A stretch of DNA of 64,000 nucleotides, taken from positions 64,805,753 to 64,869,752 of the forward strand of contig NC_068993.1 in NCBI RefSeq assembly GCF_001194135.2, read 5' to 3'. The stretch comes from Octopus bimaculoides. Its lineage: Eukaryota. Of the stretch, positions 13,437 to 26,756 are shown in pieces. A program made the translations under genes and the position numbers. Each line of letters starts with the position of its first letter. The stretch's first letter is position 1. The notes under the pieces are model-generated. The model made no database searches, was not told the DNA's origin, and saw only the letters and a list, made by a program, of their open reading frames with translations.

Positions 13437-14580
13437 AATATTGTGTGACTATTATACCCGTGTCAATCGTATGAACTGGTGTGTCTTAGCATAACTCCTC
13501 GTAGCTCGGGTAGTTTCCAGTCCGTGCATTATGGAACGTTCTACTCTTTCAGTGAGTGCAATAAATCCTTATGTCTTTACGTTTATTAAGAAGGTGTTTA
13601 TTATTAGTTAATGCACTCACCTCGGTACGGTTTTACGTGTGTGTGTGCTATGGTGTGTAACTTCCTAACTTTTATATACTACGTTTGTATGCGTGCGTTG
13701 CCCAGCCAGTGAGCAATCCGCAGAGGTGCTACAATGACATTCAAGGAGCGAGGACTTTGGGTGGTCGGGATCGTCAGTTATCTTATATACAGTAGCGAGT
13801 GGTGGAACGCATGCCTGGTGGGTGTAACGCTGTCCAGTTGGATCTGTAGAATTGCCAGGAACTTTTCAGCACCCCCTCGTATCAAAGCTTAGCAACTGCC
13901 CATACTTTACTCACTACTTAACCTTTTTTTTTCCAACTGCATTGCCCTTTATTTTCCTGTTAGAAACTCTTTCACTTCACAGAAACTCTTTCACATTCAT
14001 TCATTTATTTATGATATGTATTTGCTATTAGTTAAAAAAGTTTTAATTTAAATTTGAAAAATGTTTGTAAATTCTAAAACTATTCTTGTATGGGATTTTT
14101 CTTTGGTTATAAAGGTAACAATTACGTTAGTCCAAATCGTTCTATTCAACTTTTACACATTTATTCGTTTTGCTCCTGCGGTCAGTTGTATGTACATACA
14201 TACATACATACATACATACATACACATATCGGTCTTACAAGATAATTAGTGTCGGTCTTCATAATGGATACATGTGCCAATGGTGAAGAATGGAGACAAC
14301 ATTTAAAACTTATTTAATCCTATTTCGTATGATAACAATATTTAAACGAAGCATGAATTTCAAGCGACGTCAAATAAAGCAATTATAATAACTCCGGACA
14401 ACCGATGGCAGATCATAATTTTGGCAGGCGTCGGCGTAATAGATCATCATTCGTTGAATCGGGAATGTTTCCTTATAATGACGTTCGAGAATGCGACAGA
14501 CATTCATACATCTTCAACAGCCGTGCCCGTGCGAATATGGGGCTGTATCTATGTGTGTGTTTGTGCGTGTGTGAGCGTGT

Positions 14581-14622
<42 letters not shown>

Positions 14623-14812
14623 TCCTGCATACCCATGCACACACTACGTACAAACTGAAGCGGAGATACTTCATGCCAGAGGCATAGACGAATAGATCAC
14701 GTGGACGACAATATATAGCGATATAATAGCGCAGTAGAAGCTGTTGAAGATAAGCGAAAGTCCATCTAAAACAGCGAACAACATTATCTTTCGCTCTATA
14801 TAAATATATATA

Positions 14813-14844
<32 letters not shown>

Positions 14845-14868
14845 TTCTCTCTCTCTCTCTCTTTCTCT

Positions 14869-14926
<58 letters not shown>

Positions 14927-14989
14927 NNNNNNNNNNNNNNNNNNNNNNNNNNNNNNNNNNNNNNNNNNNNNNNNNNNNNNNNNNNNNNN

Positions 14990-15031
<42 letters not shown>

Positions 15032-15261
15032 GAGAGACACACCGGCATACACACACATATACATGCATGCCTCCATACATACATACTTACATGCATACAT
15101 ACATACATGCAAATACACACACAGACATACACACATACGCGTATGATGTAGGTAGTTAGGGTAAATTCAGTATGTTGTCCCAGTTGTTGCTCTATATTAG
15201 TTCAAATTATATATTAATTTTGAGAATTATGCAAATACTATTTGCAAAATTATTGTATATA

Positions 15262-15563
15262 AACACAGGAAATTAAAGATTTTTGGCATTATTTATCCAC
15301 CATTACACGTGTTTCATTTTCTAATAGATATTACTAAGTTATACATGTAAGAGAAGCATATAAGGAATTTCCTATCAGAAATCCTTCAGACAGGAATTAA
15401 ATAATATTTGTATTATTTGATTTGAATATTATTCAATTTCTCTGTCTAATAAGAAATTCCTTATATGCTTATCTTACATGTATAACTTAGTAATATCGAA
15501 TAAAAAATGAAACACGTGTAATGGTAAATAAATAATACCAAAATATTTAAAATTTCCTGTGTT
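15262..15563. repeat. ~300 bp imperfect palindrome (foldback/MITE-like)
   Basis: aacacaggaaatt...catttacacgtgtttcatt...taagttatacatgtaaga..gcatataaggaattt is mirrored by its reverse complement ending ...aatttcctgtgtt. Arms ~140 bp, loop ~15408-15424. Confidence 0.9.
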
Positions 15564-16003
15564 GTTATTTATATATATGTAGTGAGTCGAGGAAGCTCTA
15601 TTTGATGGTCACGTATTGGCACAGTTGTGTTTTAGCAACTGTAGGCAATCAGAGTTGGTCGTCTACCTATAAAAGCAGCAGTCATAAACCCAACAGGAGC
15701 GTGCTTTTTGTAGTCAGTAAGTAGAAGACCTCGACGCCACAACCGACAGCGGATAGATCTCCACGATCGTCAGTGATCTGATCTCCACAACCTTAATTTT
15801 TCAAAATATATATTTTTGATAAGGTTCGTTTTTTCAAGAAGAACCGAAACATGTAAAATATCTCTCAGAAAATTAAAATTTATCTTATATAGCGGCGTTT
15901 TCAAACTCGTATGCCGGGATGGTTGCATCCAAGTAAATACTGGTTCAATACCTAGTATTGCTGGGGGAATGAAATCCTCTTAAAACAATAGGTATATATT
16001 AAG

Positions 16004-16484
16004 TATATAGTTTATATCCAGCTAAAAGAAAGATAAGGAAGTTAACAATTATTTATTATTAACGAATTGGTCATTTCCGCTTCTTATAGCCGTTTCAATT
16101 AATACTCAATAATTTAATTACAAATTTCTACATTAAATTTGCATCTATGTGACATGAGTATAATCTAATCAGAGGGGGAAAAAAGATGACGTACCTGAGA
16201 AGGTTATATCTGGAGCTGTCAATTCATTTCAGCAGAAATGGTCTGCTGAAATGAATTGTCAGGTCCACATATAACATCCTAAGGTACATCTTTTTTTTTT
16301 CCTCTGATGAAATTATACTCATGTCACATAAATGCAAATTTAATGTAATTTACTTTGTAATTAAATTATTGAGTATTAATTGAAACGGCTATAAGAAGCG
16401 AAAATGACCAATTCGTTAATAATAAATAATTGTTAACTTCCTTATTCTTTTCTTTTCTTCTTTTAACTGGATACAAACTATATA
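16004..16484. repeat. ~480 bp near-perfect palindrome flanked by TA (MITE-like)
   Basis: Arm 16004-16236 (tatatagtt...ttcatttcagcaga), 5-nt loop aatgg, arm 16242-16484 (tctgctgaaatgaa...aaactatata). Confidence 0.92.
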
Positions 16485-17166
16485 TATANNNNNNNNNNNN
16501 NNNNNNNNNNNNNNNNNNNNNNNNNNNNNNATATATATATATATACATACATACACCAATCTCCCTTTCTCAGCTCTTTAGTGGCCCCATCCCCAACTAT
16601 TAACATCTGTTATCAAACCCAATAATAATGACCACACTTCAAAATACTATCCATCCTACCCCTTCTCACTCATCTTCCGACTCTCCAATTCTACTTCTTC
16701 TCTCAATTCACTGATCACTCATCCCTCTCTTTTCTTCCTCTGACTATCTCTTCTTGTCATTCCTTGCTTCAACACCACCCACAACTACATCCAGCCGCCT
16801 AATTCCTTCCTCCACTTACTTCTGTTGGCCTTCCTCTTCACTCTTTCTACCTTTAAATTTCTCTGCAGTATGATTTGAACGTTTGATATCCCTCTACCTT
16901 GAAAACGGAGGTCGGACTTACTTAATGTTTATATGCTTCCACTACTGGCTACATGTCTTTCCCTTTATGCAAACTACATCTACCAACATTATGAGGTAAT
17001 TCTGAGCCCTCAGAAACAGCTCTTGAACCTCTGATACTTTACCTTCTCCCCTTAATTTTATACATGAAACTTCGTCGCCTGAATACTTTCAATCTTTGTT
17101 TTCTCTCCATTTACATGTATATATATGTTTGTATGTTTCGTATATCTAGCGCCAAGTGTTTTCTAT

Positions 17167-17382
17167 ATTGGTTTCAAATTTTGGCACAAGGCTAGCAATT
17201 CTGAGGGAGCGAGTTAGTCGATTACGTTGACGGTAGGGCTCAGCTCGTACTTATTTTATCGACCGCGAAAGGATGAAAGGCGAAGTAGACCTCGGTGGAG
17301 AATCTGGACTCAGAATATGAAAACGGATGAAATACCGCAAAGCCTTTTGCCTGGCGTGTTAATGATTTTACCACTTCGCCAC
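17167..17382 (-). mobile_element. tRNA-derived SINE, family 1
   Basis: Reverse complement of the family 1 motifs (ttatcgaccgcgaaaggatgaaaggc...cttcgccacc). Confidence 0.85.
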
Positions 17383-17760
17383 CTTAAAGTATTTTCTATA
17401 TTGAGCATCTCTGGATCTCATCTGCTGATGATATATATCTCTCTATATATATATGAAAATTTGCATCACCACCTTCTTATATGGCTATCCATATAGTTTC
17501 TGTTATCATCATCACCATCGAAATATACAAATCTGTTGATATGGACAGAATATTTAAGAAGTGTAATTTCAGTTGACATTCAGGACGTTTTGCGGTTTTA
17601 AAAGAGAGAATGACAGAGTGGAACAGAGTAAGAAAGAGGACAGGAGTGTGATATGTATTCGTTTAATCCGTTATTCCATTATCTTTCATTAGCGTTCGAT
17701 ACATGTCGATCCCTTAACAAAGGATTTCTGTTATTCATTTCACTTTTGCTTTCATTGCAG

Positions 17761-17885
17761 CATGCGATCTTGTTCTTGGCTTCTTACGACATCTAAGAAC
17801 CAAGTAATTCGACTAGAAATCATGTACGCCGATTTTCCACAAGAAACTCAATGCATGTCAAACGCATATTTGGCAGTTTATGATG
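17761..17885 (+). CDS. CUB exon, second exon of the cassette
   Basis: Acceptor ttttgctttcattgcag|C and donor GATG|gtaagt. 125 nt, phase 2-1. Translates MRSCSWLLTTSKNQVIRLEIMYADFPQETQCMSNAYLAVYD(G). Confidence 0.9.
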
Positions 17886-19382
17886 GTAAGTACTTTTAGT
17901 TTTCAATAATATTGTACAAAAAGTGAAACCATTTCTGCACTCATGGAGATGAAGTTAAGCATTTCATACTTTTGGAGTTGATAAAGAATACATCAGTTAA
18001 GTATTGAAGTTGATTTGGCTGTTAAAGATCTCCAAATCTTTGGTCCGGTACCCATCTTACAAATTCTTATGACACCTGGTAACGCAGGTGCCATAGATAT
18101 CAAAACTGGTTGCTTGTGTAGCTTTTAAGTAACTGATAATAGGCTGTATGATGCGACTACAAATATCTTGATCCCTCACTGATACAGTAATGGGTTTACT
18201 GTTTGTTGTTCTTTAGTTGCTGGTCTACGCTTACTGAGTAGACTTGACCAAAAACAATCTTTCCGCACAGCATTCCAGACTGGAACCATAGTTGTTATTT
18301 TATTTTTGTAATTACTTATCTGAGGTGGAAGGACAGCTCTTGTTAGTCTTTTCAGAGGAAAATGTCTTTTGAGGAAAGTATCTTTTTAAGAACTCTACCT
18401 GATGTGTAAGCAACAGAAGGAACTCCGCTATATGTACCTAGTCAAATGGTGATATTGAATCTAGTCGCAGCAAGAAATGCTTTTAATATGTTTTCTATGA
18501 GTAGTTTTAGTGCCATATTGAACTGGGGTCAGTTTTCCAACAGACGTTCCATGTAATGGTGACAAGAAGTAAACACTTTTGTAGAAGACGAAATGAAACA
18601 GATAAGGACCATATCTGCGTTGTTGATTATGCCATCAGTGCGGTTGTTTAGGTATCGATTATTATTTTTGTTTGTGCAAACCGATAATAAAAAATATCCC
18701 AACTGTGACAATCCCAGCATTTTAGAGTTATCTAAGACTATATTGTTTCAAATATTTTTCTGTATTTAAAATAGGTGTTGTTTGGAGTAAATTTGGCTGC
18801 TATTTATTCACAATATGTCAACACAGGCTATGAAATTCCGATATCGAATCTCCTATTTCTTCATTATTTTCGACAAAATCATAAATGTACTGAGAACTTG
18901 GAGTGCACGTTAAACCGCAGCAATAATTATGTTTCTCGTCAATAAGTTAATATTCTCTTTTCCTCACCGCATACTTATGACTAATTATGCTTTTAATCTA
19001 ATTTTCTTTTTTAATGAACTGAGCATCACTTTATTAAAAAAAGTTAATTCTAATTGTATTTTACATGCGGATGGCTCCTCTCTATAATTAGCATTTGTAA
19101 TTAATCTTTTTCAATATACATCTAAAGAGACACTTAAAATAAAAATCAGTTCTATTGATTTCAAATGTTTACGCGTAGACAAGATCACATAATTCACCGT
19201 TTAGATTTTAAACTTTACAAAATAATGAAATAAATCTTCCTCCTCTAAAAATGAAGCAATCTACTCACAAATTTGCCATAAGTTTCGTACTTTTGCACTC
19301 GGAAACCCCGTTCTAATTCACTGTGCCACCAATTAAATTTTTTTATTTGTTTAAGACTATAAGGAAGCAAGCTGACAGTATC

Positions 19383-19558
19383 GTTACCGCGCCGGAAAAA
19401 TTGTTTAGCGGCATTTCTCCCGACTTTACGTTCTGAGATCAAATAGCACCGAGGTCGACTTTCCCTTTCATTCTTTGAGGATCGTAAAATAAGTACCAGT
19501 TTAACACTGGGGGTCGATGTAATCAATTTATCCATCTTCTAAAATTGCTGGCTTTGCT
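19383..19558 (+). mobile_element. tRNA-derived SINE, family 1 (diverged)
   Basis: ttacgttctgagatcaaat..ccgaggtcgactttccctttcatt...aagtaccagttt. Confidence 0.8.
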
Positions 19559-19909
19559 TACAACTCTTCCGGGGTCCTTCTCACAAAATGTCTTTTCCTG
19601 TTCCGTTGCCGCCATTTCATTACACCTATTCCAATGATTCAAGATACTTTCTTAAATGTTACTTTATTTCTCGACTTAAAATATCTCCCATGTTAACAAG
19701 ATCAAGAAATTCATATCGTTAAAGCTGATTCCAGTAGATTTTTTTAAAATTTACATGTATGTGTATGTGTGTAAACGTGTATTTGTGTGTGAGAGAGAGA
19801 GTATGTGTTTGTTAGTATGTGTGTGTGAGTGAGTGAGAGTGTGTGTTAGTAAGCATTCACGTACAAATGTGAGGATATATATATGTATGCATATATCTCT
19901 ATATAAGTG

Positions 19910-19962
<53 letters not shown>

Positions 19963-20140
19963 CTTAGTTTGTCTCTGCAGTTTTTATTCAAGTATTTTAT
20001 ATATTTTATTGATTATTCTTCGATCCTTGAGTCATCTGGAAAATCGTGTTGCTGCATTCCGTATACATTTGTGTGTACATAGGTATGGATGGGTGTCTAT
20101 ATGTGTATATATACTTTTTCCTCTGTACATATGTATATGC

Positions 20141-20187
<47 letters not shown>

Positions 20188-20720
20188 GGTGCACGTATGC
20201 ATATATGCACAAATATATGAAAATGTATATACATATATACGTAGATCTATGATATATGTATACATACATATTTGTACATGTTTGGTCGCAATACATACTA
20301 GTGCAAATACTGGCTTCACGTGCATTCACATACAAACAGACGCACTCACATACAAGACATTGATGCACACTTATACACAAGCGATTGTACATAACGCTAT
20401 TTCAATTTTAGCTGTTGCAAAAAATAAAGCCAAAAGCTCAACAACAAGAAACGAAAGCAATTTTTGTCATAGATCCATCTTCCATGTTAGAATCTCCCAT
20501 TTACTATTTCTTTATATTTTAAAGGATTTCTTCTTTAGTATAATTCTTCAACCATTTTTCTACTTTTATTCCATTAGAGCTCTTTCATCTTATATTCGGA
20601 AATGTTGTTTTATCTTGCTACTACTACTGCTGCTGCTCTTATGTTGTTTTTTTTTTATTTTTTTATTTTTTAACCCCATTCATTTTTGATTGACTGATAT
20701 AGATAAGTATTTATATATAA

Positions 20721-20768
<48 letters not shown>

Positions 20769-20827
20769 TTGTTTTCACTTTTATATATATATAAGTATAT
20801 ATATATATAAGTATATACATATAAGTG

Positions 20828-20864
<37 letters not shown>

Positions 20865-21096
20865 CCACATACATGTGTGTGTGTGTGCGTATGCTCATAT
20901 ATATATAATGTGTGTATATTTTAGACTGTGTGTGTATATGTGTTATTTACAATGCAAAAGAAACTTTATCCCAGCCATTAAGGATCTATTGTCACTTAAA
21001 CAAACGATAAATATAGTTTTAGAGAAAGTTTAGGGGAAAAAAGGAGTAAAAAAGGCTTTAGAAGAAAGAATGTTAGAAATTTAAGCAAGGTCCTGT

Positions 21097-21097
21097 T

Positions 21098-21153
<56 letters not shown>
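21097..21153 (+). repeat. (GTA)n microsatellite
   Basis: Direct reading. Confidence 0.95.
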
Positions 21154-21154
<1 letters not shown>

Positions 21155-21949
21155 ACAACTATTAGAGAACGGGAATAATCAGCAAAATTGAAATCTGTGT
21201 ATGAAATGAGAAAATAAACTTTTAGTCAGATTCCCTGACAAATGCGAAAAATGAAAGGCTGAGTGGTGAGGCTTTTAGTGAAAATCTTCAAATGACGAAA
21301 CCCAACTAAATGACTGACTGCCATATCTTTTCATCATACTTTTGGAAAGATAATTTGCTTTCATGCTCCGTTGTTGCACTATTTATTTTTAATTATAACA
21401 TACTCCTTTGATATATATGTATCTGTGTGTGTGTGCGTGCGNNNNNNNNNNNNNNNNNNNNNNNNNNNNNNNNNNNNNNNNNNNNNNNNNNNNNNNNNNN
21501 NNNNNNNNNNNNNNNNNNNNNNNNNNNNNNNNNNNNNNNNNNNNNNNNNNNNNNNNNNNNNNNNNNNNNNNNNNNNNNNNNNNNNNNNNNNNNNNNNNNN
21601 TACACACATACACATACACAGCTATCTCTCCTTCTTTGTCTTTGTCTCTCACATACGTACACATACATACATACATACATACATACATACATACATACAT
21701 ACATACATACATACATACATACATACATACATACATACATACATGCATACATGCATACAAACAAACAAGCACAGTGGTTGTTTCAGAAAAATTGGTATCA
21801 TATTCTAATCTAATATATTTGCCAACTAAGTGTGGCGGTCCTATAGAGGACTATGTTACTGTTGTTTTTAGCCCCAGGAAGATATCTCCTCCAGCTGGCC
21901 AATGACATATAGTCTGTGTCCGTTTAGTATTTGCGAATTGTTAATGCCA

Positions 21950-22300
21950 CAACTTTTAAAAGAATGAGAATTCCTGGGATGCAGTGAAAGCTGCATTCCA
22001 AGAATCTTTCATCCCCTGACAAACTTGAGCTCTTATAGACTTCTTCATCCGACCTGTTACTGTTATCTCATGTGGGAGTATCATCCATGCGTTCTATTCC
22101 TCACGCATATAGTCCTTGAAGGGTTTGTATACTGATATATCCAGAGGTTGTAGTTGACCTGTTAATCCTCCATGTATTACAGCCAGTTGAGTATTCTATC
22201 CAATTTTCGTTACATGAGCCAGAACTGATCCGACACAAGAAGCAATGGCTTGTTTGAGAAACCCGCCGGGATACCATGACCACACTTTTTGTTACCTGTT
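21950..22300 (-). mobile_element. pogo/Tigger-type DDE transposase remnant
   Basis: Minus strand translates TQLAVIHGGLTGQLQPLDISVYKPFKDYMREE, matching the pogo IPGGxTxxLQPLDxxVNKPFK motif. Upstream PAGFSNKPLLLVSDQF. Confidence 0.85.
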
Positions 22301-22343
22301 TTTAGCAAGTCGATCAACCACGTAACAGTTCTTCAACTCGTTC

Positions 22344-22384
<41 letters not shown>

Positions 22385-22655
22385 CTTATTGATATGAATG
22401 AGGTATTTATGCACCTCATTGTCTCTAAGTGTCTTAACGACAATATATACATACCTATTTACATCTGATTATGAAAGTATATTCAATAGTATTTGCTTCT
22501 TCTACATTTTGATTTATTACTATATATTGATCTCTGTGTCTAACAACATACACGTTTACTCACTTATTCATTTACTTACATATCTGCTTGCATATCTCTC
22601 TCCTCTCTCTCCATCTAACTATCGTTTATAACTTCATCTGTCTCTATACTTTCAG

Positions 22656-22805
22656 GTAACAGCCGAAGAGACGGTCTTTTAGGAGTCGTCTGCGGGAACG
22701 AACCGAAAACTTACATATCGACAGGACAGCAAATCATGGTTTTACTAAAGGGACATACAAACTTAACTGGTCGATTTCTTGCAGCTTATTATTCTGAGAG
22801 AAAAG
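22656..22805 (+). CDS. CUB exon, third exon of the cassette; ends at a GC donor
   Basis: Acceptor tctctatactttcag|GT and donor AAAAG|gcaagt. 150 nt, phase 1-1. Translates (G)NSRRDGLLGVVCGNEPKTYISTGQQIMVLLKGHTNLTGRFLAAYYSERK. Confidence 0.87.
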
Positions 22806-23918
22806 GCAAGTGCTTACACCTCAAACCCCTGATGTCATTTTTTCAATTTCGACGTTCTAATGCACATCATTGATCAGAATCTAGAAATAATTGAGAACTA
22901 AAATCGTCACACTTTTCTTTTGTCCTTTCTCTCTATATTTTTTGGTATCATTTACGGCCAGGTAGGTAGTGCACGGTACTGACAATTTCATCATACTGCA
23001 CCAAACTCACCATACTACAAATAGCAAATAACTGTTCAATGCAACAAACCACACAGCAGTACAACAAACCACACCAGACTACAACATAGGAAACGTTTCT
23101 ACAGTTGTCACCCCACCTCAAACCAACACACATGACGCAGCTAAGAGAGACCTGTACCTGGTTTGTACATGAACTTCCAACAGTCAAATCTCTTACAAAT
23201 CACGTTCTATTATCGTTTAAGAAAATAGAATGTGAAACTATCTAATGTAATCTCAAAACGTTGGAGTTGTCACGGTTGGCAAGCTTTTGATTACTTTATC
23301 TTGCGTATTAGCATAAACCTCAGCAACCTGTTGACTGATTTGTCACATCAAAGAACATCAATGAATGCTGTCACTTCGAAAACCAACAATTGAAAAGTAT
23401 ACCAGCACAAACACTAACCTACTTACACCTCCCTAATTCATCCCCACACCAGCAATAAGTGTCATTCTTAAACCTTTACTGTTTTATTCCCAACTCGAGA
23501 TTATCTTTACTTTATTATATCCGTTAATCTCAGACTAAAACTCATTTTCATTCAGTCAAAATTTTAAATTCTTATTCTTATAGTGCGAGATATTTTCCCC
23601 TAAGAATTCAAACTTTTAACAATATAATTATATGATATCTAATATCGAATGTAACTCTCTGATCGTTAAGTAACCTCTGATTGCGAAAACTATTCTTTAC
23701 TAAACACCAATTAATTCATTACAGTCGTACAGTTCCCTCCTCGTTATAATTCTTTCAAGATCCTCAAATCTTCAAAAAAGTTTCTCGTTCTCTATTTTAA
23801 CCAGCGCAAGGGAAGTAATTCACATTAAAATATTCCTAAACAGTAAGAAATTAGTTGTTACAAGAATTTTCACTGAATTTCACATCACCATACGTTTGGC
23901 AGACAATTATAATTTTTG

Positions 23919-23981
<63 letters not shown>

Positions 23982-24128
23982 CTGTGTGTGTGTGTCCAAC
24001 TTTATTCGTTAACATAAATATTTATTCTTATACGTAACTATATACATGTCATATATAACATATGTTATGTGCATACATTATGTACACATATGCATACACC
24101 CGAACTCCTATACTCACGCACATACACT

Positions 24129-24167
<39 letters not shown>

Positions 24168-24240
24168 ATAACGTGTGAAACAATGTTTCCCACTTTTGTT
24201 CTAGTACGTAATGTTTTACCTTGGTAAGTCGTCGAGTTTA

Positions 24241-24279
<39 letters not shown>

Positions 24280-24706
24280 GTGTGTATATTTTGACAGAAA
24301 AACAGGAAAAGAAAACAAAAATAGTAGATTGAAGCATATTCTAGAAACTTTAATGAATTTGTTTTTGCTTGTGGAACTCAGTTGTTGTCCATGTGAAATG
24401 AGTTGTTAGTGAATTGCTGAGGAGAGAAAGCTTGAGGCATGTCGAGGCTGTTAATCTGTGTAGCGTAGCTATTACAAAAGGGAAACTAATCATCACCAGT
24501 GGTAATGATATATTATGCCGAAGGCTATCATATTTATATTTGTACGAATGAGGGGATAGTGTGCATGAATATACCTAAAATACGTGTCCCAGTCTACTTC
24601 TGTGTGTGTGAGTGTGTGAGAGAGAGAGAGAGAGAGAGAGCAAATATGAACGTATGTCTTGCATTTATGCGTGTGGGTGGGGGTGTATAATCACATACGT
24701 GCATGC

Positions 24707-24740
<34 letters not shown>

Positions 24741-25503
24741 GCACAGAAACCTAGATTCGTATTTGTGTGTGGTTGCAGAGGAAATTGCTCTATACATCAA
24801 TTGTTTTCCATTTGTTTTTGTTTCCTCTGTATATTCCCTGGAGATGCTTCAGCGATCTTCCAGCTACAACTGTAATTACGGCTTTCTTTTCAGCTGTGTA
24901 ACACATGCGTTCACTCGCACATGTATTATACATTCATATATAAGATACATGCATATATATATATATATATATNNNNNNNNNNNNNNNNNNNNNNNNNNNN
25001 NNNNNNNNNNNNNNNNNNNNNNNNNNNNNNNNNNNNNNNNNNNNNNNNNNNNNNNNNNNNNNNNNNNNNNNNTATGTATATATATATATATATGTATGTA
25101 TGTATATATATATATGTGTGTGCGCGCGTGTATGTGTAGAGAGAGAGATGCATGCATATATATATAAATACTTACAAACACATGTTCATATATAGATATG
25201 TGTGTGTGTGCGTACCAGCATACACACCCATGCACACGCATACACATATATTATAGGCGCCTTAGCGATTCTGCTTTTTTTATAATTTTTTTTAATTTCT
25301 ATATATTTCAACCGACTGTTGATGTGTGAAGCGAGTTTAAATAAACACAGTGGACAGGAAAATAAGGATCAGATGAATCAAATTTATTTTATTTTTAAGG
25401 ACTTCATTAAATCAGATTGGCTGATTTTCATAACTGTTGCATGCTTAGCTGTTATTTCGTTTAATAAATATTTGTCATGTTTTGGGGACAATATTCTTTT
25501 CTG

Positions 25504-25712
25504 CTCTAGGCACAAGGCCCTAAAATTTGGGGGAGCGGGGGCAGTCGATTAGATTGACCCAAATACGTAACTGGTACTTAATTTATCGACGTCCGAATTG
25601 ATGAAAGGCAAAGTCGACCTCGGCAGAATTTGAACTCAGAACGTAACGGCAGACGAAATACCGCTAAGCATTTCGGCCGGCATGCTAACGTTTCTGCCAT
25701 TTCGCCGCCCTT
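25504..25712 (-). mobile_element. tRNA-derived SINE, family 1, near full length
   Basis: Reverse complement contains the head (..gaaacgttagcatg..), the B box gagttcaaattctgccgaggtcgac, the central motif and the tail ccttgtgcctagag. Confidence 0.88.
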
Positions 25713-25944
25713 GAATGATGTATTGCCAGTGAAAAATTGCTGCTAAAATCCATTTGATTACGAAATGGTCAATCTAAGTGAAAATAGTTATGCAGTTTTT
25801 TTAACTTCCACATGCTTTTAGATTTGATCCTATGTGTAATACTTTAGATATTTTTCCAACATAGTCTTGGCTTGCGAATAAAATTTGTATGGGCATGTAC
25901 GGATACAGTCACAATATTTAAAGAAAGATGTTTTAAAAAGTTAT

Positions 25945-26338
25945 GGTGCGGGAGTGGCTGTGTGGTAGGTAAGGAGCTTGCTTACCAACCACATGTTTCC
26001 GGGTTCGGTCCCACTGCATGGCACCTTGGGTAAGTGTCTTCTACTGTAGCCTCGGGCCGACCAAAGCCGTGTGAGTGAAATTGGTAGACGGAAATTGAAA
26101 GAAGCCTGTAGTATATANNNNNNNNNNTATATATGTGTGTGTGTGTGTGTGTGTCACCACTATCGTTTGACAACCGATGTTGGTGTGTTTACGTCCTCGT
26201 ATCTTAGCGGTTGGCCAAAAGATACCGATAGAATAAGTACTAGGCTTACAAAGAATAAGTCCCGGGATCGATTTGTTCGACTAAAGACGGTGCTCCAGCA
26301 CGGTGGCAGTCAAGATGACTGAGACGAATAAAAGAATA
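25945..26338 (+). mobile_element. tRNA-derived SINE, family 2 (CORE-like centre, internal microsatellite)
   Basis: Head ggagtggctgtgtggta..ccgggttcggtccc, then ggcaccttgggtaagtgtcttctac (CORE-like CCTTGGGCAAGT), an internal (TA)/(GT) tract and a tail ending gaataaaagaata. Confidence 0.8.
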
Positions 26339-26414
26339 TTTAAAAAGACTTATCTGGAGTACAGAATGTCACCTATCTTTAGAGAGTCACTTTTCGTATA
26401 GAATGTAAGCATTT

Positions 26415-26756
26415 TCATTGGTAGCTTTTCAGACACACGTGTTCTGGGCTAATGCGTATAGAAGTAGTTTTTAGTAATAGCTTTGACAACTTCCAATGCT
26501 CTTCTTTCGTTTTTCGTAGTTGACCGTTTTCTTTTATTTTGTAAAAAGGGGATATTTTAAATTTTCCATTTGCACAAATATTTCGATTTTTGCAACATGG
26601 AACATTTGTAAGAACAGAATCTTTAATCCGCTGTTTGTGCACGTTCACATAGCTGCTTAGATTCATTCCTGTTTCTCCAATATAATTTTTATTGCATTGT
26701 GAGTATGTGATGCAGTAGAAGAGAGTTTTTGCTTTGCAATTTATGTTTGCATTCAC
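26415..26756 (-). mobile_element. Penelope-like element GIY-YIG endonuclease remnant
   Basis: ORF NCKAKTLFYCITYSQCNKNYIGETGMNLSSYVNVHKQRI...FKISPFYKIKE..RKTKE shows the IYxIxCxxC..YIGET...H..KE pattern of PLE GIY-YIG domains. Confidence 0.8.

Noticed and set aside
24204-24222. Possible 19-nt microexon (ttttgttctag|...|gtaagt)
   Set aside because: Its length is not a multiple of three, so it would break the otherwise in-frame 22805-38807 junction. At most a cryptic or poison exon, with no support.
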